From assembly GCA_963738145.1 (NCBI GenBank), contig CAVTVH010000001.1:569011-633010 (forward strand): DNA of 64,000 bases. The letters run 5' to 3'. The stretch's first letter is position 1, and every line of letters begins with the position of its first letter. The position numbers and the translations under genes are program-made. The notes under the pieces are model-generated. The model had not been told where the DNA came from. It searched no databases and was given only the letters and a program-made list of their open reading frames with translations. Positions 56,750 through 64,000 of the stretch are shown piece by piece. This DNA is from an uncultured bacterium (GTDB lineage Bacteria; Babelota; Babeliae; Babelales; Vermiphilaceae).

Positions 56750-58816
56750 ATGTTTAATCAACTCAAGAGATTGACACTTATAAGTATAATCTGCATGGCA
56801 GGCGAATGTTATGCGGCAGCAAAATCTACACCACCCGAAGTAACGGCAAGCACGGTTCCAGAGGCTCCACTACTTGAGCAAGAACGCAAAGAGGAAGAAA
56901 GCAAAGGAGAGAAAAAAGAGGTTGCGCGAGTCATTAAGGAGCGCCCCGTAGTGCGCCATGACCAGATTATGCATGATGTTATAGTGTGCCTTAATCATAA
57001 GCAGGAGGATATGGACGATGTAGCACCAGGATTTGTAACAGGATATTTTGCTCTAGCATTATGTCAGCAGTGTGTGCCAATTGTAGTAACAGAACCAGTT
57101 GTAGCAAGTTTTTTCGCGTGGCTACATCATACGGGGCCTCTTGATTATTTAGTACGTGATGCAAAAGAAAAATTGAAAAAAACATTCTCTGATGCTGCAT
57201 GGGATGTTTATACGTCAGGTGGATTCTATCGTTTTATACCTAAAGTGTATGGGGGTACTTTGGGATGGGCAAAGGATAGTGGCTGGAAGCAGATAGCTCT
57301 TGAAAGTATCATAAAAAACAGAGCCCATCTAAAAAAGGAACTTGCTATTGATGTTGCTACATTGATTGCATCATTTGAAACACCATCAACGGGTTATTGG
57401 AATATCGTGATCTATGGCCATGGCATGTACTCGGAGGCTTCAAAGGTTCCAGCAGCGAAAGTGCTTCATCCAACCCACGCTATCACGCAAGCGGAGGTAA
57501 AAGACGGAGCTATAGCAGGATTGTTTTTTGTAGACTTTAAACGGTTTTTGAACTTTATTTCACAGCCTGAGGTTAAAATTAACTTCTTCTACTACTGCAC
57601 CTGTTATGGTGGCGATGTAAATGCCATACTGCCGTATACAGTAACATTACTTAATGAAAAAGGGGGTAAAAATGTTCTGCGTTTTGATACTACACGCGCT
57701 GGTTTTACGGTTATGGTTGGCGCAGTTTCCGATTCGCCAACTATAAGTAGACCACTTACTAGTCTTACTGAATGTGCCAAGGGCAAACCTATCTCTTCTG
57801 ACAATGTCGATTTTGCCACTTTTTTTACTAAGGCTCATGAATTTGAGCGTGTTGGAGATATGCCAAAGAGATTTTCTATGCAAGAGCTGAAGATTCTTGG
57901 CCAAGCTATTACACAAAGTCACTCTAAACTTACGCCGTTTGATATACAATATCCGCAGGAAGATCCGTTTCTTGTGGCCAATATTCCTCTCGTTAAAGGT
58001 CCACAATCAGATTCTTTTCAGCCATTACTTTTGAATAAACATCAGTATTACTTGAACAAGGCATGGGTGCAGAAACGTGTTTTAGAAGGCAGCGCTTCAT
58101 TTGAGTTCATAGATCCGCAAGCAATTTTAGTTTCAGCGCCAGAAGTGCCAATTCCACTATCTATTATTGTTAGCCCAGATACGCTTGCTCCAGCAATTAT
58201 ATCTATGATCCCAGGACAATCACTTATTAAATTTGATTCGCTCAAAATAACGAGTACCTTTTCAACCTTTTTTACGAGAACAATGGGGACCGTACGATCA
58301 TTGAATGCAAATTTTTATTTTAAGAAATTAAGACTCATGAATGATCAGTATGGGCCACATATAGATATAGATAAATACGTGACGCTTACGGATGTTTTTG
58401 TGCTCTTGAGGGGGTTCTCACTGATTGTCTATTTTACTGATCGCAATGGCACTAGATATAGCATCGTTGCTCAAGCAGCAGAGTTTTCATCTTTGTCTCT
58501 AAAATTTTATACCTTAGCGACGACATTGAAATATCCTATCTTGCCTGCCGTGATCATACCAGATAATCAATTTTTAGATGCCGTAGTACATTACTTCTCA
58601 AAGGGCGACATGCATGGAATATTTGATGTGCTGTCTCCCAAAGAGCTTAAAACAATAAGAGCATGGTATGAGAGTGAGAAGTATTCAGATATAGAGCGCT
58701 ATGGTGAAATTTTTGGTGAACCAGTTTCTCCGGAACAGGAGAAAAAGGAAAAAGAAGTTGCAGCAGAAGCGGCGCAGTTTAAAAAAGAAGCTGAAGCGCG
58801 TATGAAGAAAAGATAA
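56750..58816 (+). CDS. large secreted hypothetical protein with a possible clan CD-like His/Cys dyad
   Basis: Signal peptide MFNQLKRLTLISIICMAGECYA. NIVIYGHG and INFFYYCTCYGG each follow a hydrophobic strand. Lys/Glu-rich C-terminal tail. Confidence 0.45.
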   Translation: MFNQLKRLTLISIICMAGECYAAAKSTPPEVTASTVPEAPLLEQERKEEESKGEKKEVARVIKERPVVRHDQIMHDVIVCLNHKQEDMDDVAPGFVTGYFALALCQQCVPIVVTEPVVASFFAWLHHTGPLDYLVRDAKEKLKKTFSDAAWDVYTSGGFYRFIPKVYGGTLGWAKDSGWKQIALESIIKNRAHLKKELAIDVATLIASFETPSTGYWNIVIYGHGMYSEASKVPAAKVLHPTHAITQAEVKDGAIAGLFFVDFKRFLNFISQPEVKINFFYYCTCYGGDVNAILPYTVTLLNEKGGKNVLRFDTTRAGFTVMVGAVSDSPTISRPLTSLTECAKGKPISSDNVDFATFFTKAHEFERVGDMPKRFSMQELKILGQAITQSHSKLTPFDIQYPQEDPFLVANIPLVKGPQSDSFQPLLLNKHQYYLNKAWVQKRVLEGSASFEFIDPQAILVSAPEVPIPLSIIVSPDTLAPAIISMIPGQSLIKFDSLKITSTFSTFFTRTMGTVRSLNANFYFKKLRLMNDQYGPHIDIDKYVTLTDVFVLLRGFSLIVYFTDRNGTRYSIVAQAAEFSSLSLKFYTLATTLKYPILPAVIIPDNQFLDAVVHYFSKGDMHGIFDVLSPKELKTIRAWYESEKYSDIERYGEIFGEPVSPEQEKKEKEVAAEAAQFKKEAEARMKKR

Positions 58817-58916
58817 TTTTCTATTTCTCTTGTATTTATACCTGCAAACATTGTATGGTTAGCTTCTAAATCGAGGGCGATAAAGTATTGTTTTTGTAGG
58901 AGACGATAACAACTCT

Positions 58917-59375
58917 ATGAAGCTTCTCCCATTTTTACTGATTCTTGTTGCATGTTGTGCTTATGCTGCAGATAAACAGCCTTTGCAAAGTACACAAAGC
59001 TCGGGAGTTCTTACTATCGTTAATAACAATATCTTGCAAGATCCAGATGATTGCCGTCGTTATGTGGGAAGTGAGTTGGTTTTACATATGTTTTCACAAA
59101 CGTCAGATTCTTTATTGAAAAATCTCAATCAATTTAATGATAATAAATTAGAAGAATACACCAGAAGTTTGTGTAAAGCTTGTGCGCACAAGCTCCTGGA
59201 AAAACGTTTTAATCAAAAAACAGTTTCGGGCAAAACGGTAGAACAAGAATTTCGTAGTGCACGTCCTATGGCCGCTCAAAAAATGATTCAAAAACTTAAA
59301 AAACAGGCGGCATCAGATTACAGTGGCTGGGCAGTGTTGTATGGTATGAGTTTGGCTAGATCTTCTCAAGTGTGA
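58917..59375 (+). CDS. hypothetical secreted protein
   Basis: Signal peptide MKLLPFLLILVACCAYA. No family recognised. Confidence 0.35.
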   Translation: MKLLPFLLILVACCAYAADKQPLQSTQSSGVLTIVNNNILQDPDDCRRYVGSELVLHMFSQTSDSLLKNLNQFNDNKLEEYTRSLCKACAHKLLEKRFNQKTVSGKTVEQEFRSARPMAAQKMIQKLKKQAASDYSGWAVLYGMSLARSSQV

Positions 59376-59387
59376 AAAGGGTGATAA

Positions 59388-60107
59388 ATGAAGAAATATA
59401 GTATCATAGCGTATATGGGATGTTCGTTGATGTATGGTGCAAGCGATCTACCTACTGGGCCTATACCAGGATCAACAGTACATCAAATACCAATCCCTCC
59501 TGGTATTGAAAAAATAGTTGTCTTCAATGCCAGTGTATTAAATCAAGGTGCCCCAGTGCATATTACTCATACTTTTAATCCCGATTCGACACCGTCTGCA
59601 GCGTCTGTTACACCTTTGCTTGGGCACAAAAGCTTGGTGACACGCTGTATAGAATATTGTCTGCACAATAAGCTGAAAACATGTATAGGTGCAGTTGGCC
59701 TTAGTTATGCAACTGTGTACGGGCTCTTGTGGTATTTGCAAGGTGACGTAAGCGATTGGGCAAACTGGAAGAGTGAACTATCATTGCTTGATCTTACCAA
59801 TAGCCCCCAAAAAGAAATGGCAGATGAACTCTTTGCAACAATAAAAATGCGGTATTTGCCTGCTGGATATACGGTTGCCAATTATTTGGATCCACTTGTG
59901 GGTTTTATAAACGATATTGATTGTGAACTGGGCAACTTCGAACGGTTAGAACGTGTCAGCCGTGCCTTAAGTTCCATAAAAATCACCCTGCTTTTCCCTG
60001 GCTGTTTATTAGATAATGATGTTGTACGTGGCAAGATAGATCGTTTACGTTATTTAAAGCAGCTTGCCGTTACTCAGTTGAGTGGGTATAACGTGGCGCC
60101 AAGGTAG
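59388..60107 (+). CDS. hypothetical protein (signal peptide plus one internal TM)
   Basis: 239-aa ORF 13 nt after the previous stop. No family recognised. Confidence 0.35.
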   Translation: MKKYSIIAYMGCSLMYGASDLPTGPIPGSTVHQIPIPPGIEKIVVFNASVLNQGAPVHITHTFNPDSTPSAASVTPLLGHKSLVTRCIEYCLHNKLKTCIGAVGLSYATVYGLLWYLQGDVSDWANWKSELSLLDLTNSPQKEMADELFATIKMRYLPAGYTVANYLDPLVGFINDIDCELGNFERLERVSRALSSIKITLLFPGCLLDNDVVRGKIDRLRYLKQLAVTQLSGYNVAPR

Positions 60108-60130
60108 AGTTTGTTAAATTATCCGTACGT

Positions 60131-60193
60131 GGCAACCCTTCGATACACCCTACTCCGCTCTATGGGCTACGCAGGGCACTCGGGGCGAACGGG
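60131..60193 (+). repeat. dispersed repeat, family B
   Basis: GGCAACCCTTCGATACACCCTACTCCGCTCTATGGGCTACGCAGGGCACTCGGGGCGAACGGG. Confidence 0.7.
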
Positions 60194-60212
60194 CTTTGGA
60201 TATGGTGGACAT

Positions 60213-60713
60213 GTGTGGAATTTGTGCCTTTTTACTCTGTTGTTATGCCTGATTGATAACGCACATGGAGCTCAATTTTCGCAGGATTTTTTACAGCATC
60301 TTAAAAAAACATTGGAGCCCTATCGAGTAGCAGCCACGCCAGATGATCAGAAACCCAAAGATCTCGAAGATTCAAAAGAACGTTATAGATGGGTTTCTAG
60401 GTTCATCAATCTGAGTGCGCTGGTCTATGCGGCACACGCCATTTATGAACGCCATCAACAACCACCATTACAGAGCGTTCATCCTTTCTTTCGTGCAACC
60501 ATTGCTAAAATGGTTCATGCCTTGCTTCCCAAGACGCTTATGTTACCAGTCAAAGGGTACTTTTTTGTAGATGCGCTCAGCATTATCATTGAAACGATGC
60601 TCTATAAAACTATTGCCCAATTACTCCTTTTTTGTGGCACGCATGATATTGATGAGGTGGCGCAAGAAGGGGTAAGTCGCTCTAAAAAAATCATTAAGGC
60701 CTTGTTTGTCTAA
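60213..60713 (+). CDS. hypothetical membrane protein (start uncertain)
   Basis: The longest ORF (from 60111) begins inside the family B repeat. GTG at 60213 gives a signal-like N-terminus VWNLCLFTLLLCLIDNAHG. Confidence 0.3.
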   Translation: MWNLCLFTLLLCLIDNAHGAQFSQDFLQHLKKTLEPYRVAATPDDQKPKDLEDSKERYRWVSRFINLSALVYAAHAIYERHQQPPLQSVHPFFRATIAKMVHALLPKTLMLPVKGYFFVDALSIIIETMLYKTIAQLLLFCGTHDIDEVAQEGVSRSKKIIKALFV

Positions 60714-60786
60714 ATCATTGTCTTGTACTTAAATGCACCTGTAAACTGGATGAATAAATAAAGGGGTAACAAGTTAGGGTGGTTAG

Positions 60787-61209
60787 ATGAGACAGTATAG
60801 ATATGCGCTTATAGTTATTTTTTTAGGGACGATCAATGTATGCTATTCTTATCACAAATTTTGTTATACAACATATAACTATCCAAATGATGAAAATCGT
60901 AAACAGACCTTTGAATCGATGATGCAAAAAGAGGTTCCCGTGTATCAACGCAACAAAGCTGATTACCTCTTTTCATACCCCAATGGTAAGGGATATTGTT
61001 TTGTTCGTATTACAAAAAAGGATAAGCGTAAGATTCAAGAAATTCTGTTACTCTACGAAGCATGTTGTCCGATCGATGAAAAGTTTATTCGCCATGTGGC
61101 ATCATGTAACTATAAATACCGGGAAATTGTTTGGATATTGGAAGATTTCAGACGTGAATATGAGCAGGTCACCGTGGGTGATGTTGTACGTAGGCTCAAG
61201 AAAAGTTAA
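60787..61209 (+). CDS. hypothetical secreted protein
   Basis: 140-aa ORF with an N-terminal hydrophobic segment. No family recognised. Confidence 0.35.
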   Translation: MRQYRYALIVIFLGTINVCYSYHKFCYTTYNYPNDENRKQTFESMMQKEVPVYQRNKADYLFSYPNGKGYCFVRITKKDKRKIQEILLLYEACCPIDEKFIRHVASCNYKYREIVWILEDFRREYEQVTVGDVVRRLKKS

Positions 61210-61246
61210 TACGTCAATATAATTTGTAAAAAAAATCTGTTCGTAT

Positions 61247-61315
61247 GGTTCGACAGGCTCACCACGAACGGGTACAACTATTTCTAGCCGTTCGCCCTGA
61301 GCTTGTCGAAGGGTG
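61247..61315. repeat. family B repeat arranged as an inverted pair (MITE-like hairpin)
   Basis: TTCGACAGGCTCACCACGAACGG (61249-61271) and the reverse complement of TTCGACAAGCTCAGGGCGAACGG (61288-61310). One frame translates as MVRQAHHER..VRPELVEG. Confidence 0.7.
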
Positions 61316-61329
61316 CGAATGGCTAAAGG

Positions 61330-62472
61330 ATGTTAGTGCATATTGCCTTGGTAACTAATAACTACAAGCCCTATTCAGGAGGTGTAGTAAGTTCAGTCGA
61401 TTCATTTGCGCAAGAATTAAGGAAGAACGGTCACAAAGTTACGATCATAACGCTCAATTTTTTAGGCGCTCAGCATGCCGATGATGAACACGTTATTCGT
61501 TTAAAGTGTCCGATTAAATTTATGTATCACCAAAATCATATGGCCGTGCCCTGGTTTCCTGATAGGCAAATACAAGAACTTTTTGATACCTTACGGCCCG
61601 ATATTATTCATAGCCAACATCCTTTTTTATTGGGAACTTCAGCCAAGCGATATGCAAAAAAATATGGTATACCAATAGTTTTCACCTATCACACTCGCTA
61701 TGCAGATTATCTTCACTATATTCCATTGCCAGATTCCATTGTCCGTCCCGTTGTGCAACGGTTTGTTGATGGCTATTGTAGTTCGGTTGATTCTATTATT
61801 GCACCTACCCGTTCTATTGAAGCTCTTATACGTTCGCGTAATGTAGATACGCCCATTCATGTTATACCCAGCGGCTTGCAACCAGCATTTGTTCCCCAAG
61901 AACGACCTGTCAAAAAAACTGGGCAAGGAACACCCTTCAATCTCTTGGTGGTCAGTAGATTTGCCCCAGAAAAAAATATTAGTGTTTTGATTGATCTTTT
62001 TAAACGGTTGGGCGATCGCTTTACTATGACACTCATCGGCTATGGCCCAGAATTTGAGCCACTTAAAAACTATGGCTATCGGGATTTGGGTCTCTCGCCA
62101 GAGCGCATAACTTTTATTCATAAGCCAGAAAAACAAATCATTGCAGATGCGTATAAAAAAGCAGATCTTTTCTTATTTTCTTCAATCACCGACGTACAGC
62201 CGCTCGTATTTGTAGAATCGATGGCAGGGTCTACGCCTATCATAGCGTTAGCTGGGCCTGGTAGAGATAATATTATTAATGGTGTGAACGGTTTTGTGGT
62301 TAATACTATTGATGAGATGGAAACTATGGTGCGGCAGATAGCTGATAACCCCGATCTGCACGCGGCGCTACAAGATGGTGCTTGGCGTATGGCACAAGAT
62401 TATTGGCCGTCACAAACGACCAAGAAATTGTTGGGAGTGTATGAGGGGTTGGTGACGAATACTATTGGATAA
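61330..62472 (+). CDS. family 4 glycosyltransferase (GT-B, group 1)
   Basis: IALVTNNYKPYSGGV..S...FAQELRKNGHKVTIIT and the C-terminal E-x7-E-like region FVESMAGSTPIIA. Confidence 0.8.
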   Translation: MLVHIALVTNNYKPYSGGVVSSVDSFAQELRKNGHKVTIITLNFLGAQHADDEHVIRLKCPIKFMYHQNHMAVPWFPDRQIQELFDTLRPDIIHSQHPFLLGTSAKRYAKKYGIPIVFTYHTRYADYLHYIPLPDSIVRPVVQRFVDGYCSSVDSIIAPTRSIEALIRSRNVDTPIHVIPSGLQPAFVPQERPVKKTGQGTPFNLLVVSRFAPEKNISVLIDLFKRLGDRFTMTLIGYGPEFEPLKNYGYRDLGLSPERITFIHKPEKQIIADAYKKADLFLFSSITDVQPLVFVESMAGSTPIIALAGPGRDNIINGVNGFVVNTIDEMETMVRQIADNPDLHAALQDGAWRMAQDYWPSQTTKKLLGVYEGLVTNTIG

Positions 62473-62512
62473 TTTGGTTTCGTAGCCCCCATTTCCTGCT
62501 ATACTAAAGAGC

Positions 62513-64000
62513 ATGAATACTAAAAAACCCCTATTCAAATTACATGCTCCGTTTCCACCTGCTGGTAGTCAGCCTGAAGCAATCAAGCAGTTAACTCAGG
62601 CACGACCCGGGCAATCGACGTTGCTGGGTGTTACCGGCTCAGGTAAAACCTATACCATAGCCAATGTGATAGCCAACCAAAATAAGCCTGTATTGATATT
62701 ATCGCCTAATAAAACCTTGGCGGCCCAATTATATGAAGAATTTTCCCAATTTTTCCCTGAAAATAAGGTTTGTTATTTTGTCAGCTACTATGATTACTAC
62801 CAACCAGAATCCTATCTGCCGGCCCAAGATATTTATATTCCCAAAGAAACAAAGGTAAACAGCGAAATTGAGCGGCTACGCGTAGAAGCAACCGCATCGC
62901 TGATCAACCGTAAGATACCATTGTTATTGCATCAGTTTCCTGTATCTATTCTCTGGGCAATCCAACTGATTATAAAAATTTAGCCATTAGCCTCACGTGG
63001 GGCAAAAAATATCAGGCGCGAACTTATTACGTCAACTTATTTCTATTCAATATCAGCGCAATGATATGGAAAAAGCCTCAGGCACCTTTCAAGTTATGGG
63101 CAATACTGTTGAAGTAAATTTACCGTATCAAAAAGAAAAACTCCGCATTGAGTTATTTGGTGACGACCATTGAAGGGCTGCATGGGTGAGCAAACATAAT
63201 AATACCGTGACTCACAACTTGATAACACGATTATTTTTCCTGCAAGCCATTTTGTGACACACTAAGAGATCGAAAAATGCTGCTATCGCCAGCATTCAAA
63301 CAGAAGCTTGAAGCAATGGCTGCCCACAAGTGGAAATCCTATTATATCGTGAACGGATTCGAAAAACGCGTATCTCATGATCTTGAAATGCTCGAAGAAA
63401 TTGGATATTGCAGGGTATTGAAAATTATTCCGCTCACTTTGATGGTCGACCAGGAGAGGCCATCCCTATTCTTTATTTGATTTCTTTCCTGAATGATTTT
63501 TTACTTATCATTGATGAATCGCATATGGCTATTCCACAATTACGTGGCATGTATGCGGGCGACAAAGCGCGTAAAAAATCACTCATTGAGTTTGGATTTC
63601 GCTTACCAACCGCCTAAGAAAATCGTCCGCTAAAATTTGAAGAAATAGAAGAATATTTTAAAGATGTTATTTTTGTTTCTGCAACACCGGGAGAATATGA
63701 ACTAAAACATTCACACAATTCGTTGAACAAATTATTCGTCCAACCGGATTAGTTGATCCACAATAGATGTGCATGCCGCGGCCGGGCAAATTGGATCATT
63801 TGATTGACAATATTAAAGAGACACAGCTGAAAAAGGGTATCGTACATTGTAACGGTCATGACAAAAAAATTGGCCGAAGAATTAGCACGCTATCTTGAAG
63901 AACAACAAATAAAAGTTTGTTATTTGCATAGTGAATTAAAAACACCCCAGCGCACTGAATTGCTCCAAAAATTACGTCTTGGTATTTTTGATTGTTTGGT
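62513..64000 (+). pseudogene. uvrB: excinuclease ABC subunit B, heavily disrupted, continuing past the window end
   Basis: The first ~135 codons are intact ([37 protein letters not shown]). From about 62925 the conserved segments ([101 protein letters not shown]) are scattered over all three frames. There is also an in-frame TAA at 63615-63617. Confidence 0.85.

Noticed and set aside
61247-61272. A possible tRNA T-arm (GGTTCGACAGGCTCACC) suggesting a tRNA gene.
   Set aside because: No acceptor, D or anticodon arms can be drawn. The sequence is one half of the family B inverted repeat. No other tRNA-like T-loops (GGTTCGAATCC type) were seen in the intergenic regions apart from the two tmRNAs.

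Overview
Bacterial chromosomal window, moderately AT-rich by eye, apparently using the standard bacterial genetic code. Long conserved ORFs such as leuS, polA and priA are uninterrupted, and TGA, TAA and TAG all terminate genes. About 35 housekeeping genes are recognisable: sodC, two tandem ddl paralogues, orn, priA, a P-type ATPase, polA, rpmA, secF, rho, tsaD, smpB, pth, alaS, glyA, efp, nusB, ndk, rpsA, a DEAD-box helicase, leuS and uvrB. They are interleaved with many short, signal-peptide-bearing hypothetical proteins, a four-gene cluster of Ser/Pro-rich secreted proteins, and eukaryote-like domains (two tandem RING-H2 proteins, one ankyrin-like protein). Stand-alone LigD phosphoesterase and polymerase domains are also present. 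The most unusual feature is two complete but diverged tmRNA (ssrA) genes, 4.4 kb apart with their 5' ends facing each other. The copy next to smpB carries a roughly 46-codon tag reading frame; the other encodes an ordinary 10-codon tag. A three-gene cassette lies between them: a secreted protein, a membrane MutS-domain-V ATPase and an exported flavoprotein. Two families of short dispersed repeats populate intergenic regions and abut both tmRNA 3' ends. Several essential genes carry single-nucleotide frameshifts (rho, alaS twice, the polA C-terminus), and uvrB at the window end is riddled with frame changes. This points to an error-prone assembly, real gene decay, or both. The gene content fits a host-associated, possibly protist-associated, intracellular bacterium, but that is inference only. 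No tRNA, rRNA, CRISPR array, transposase or integrase was recognised.
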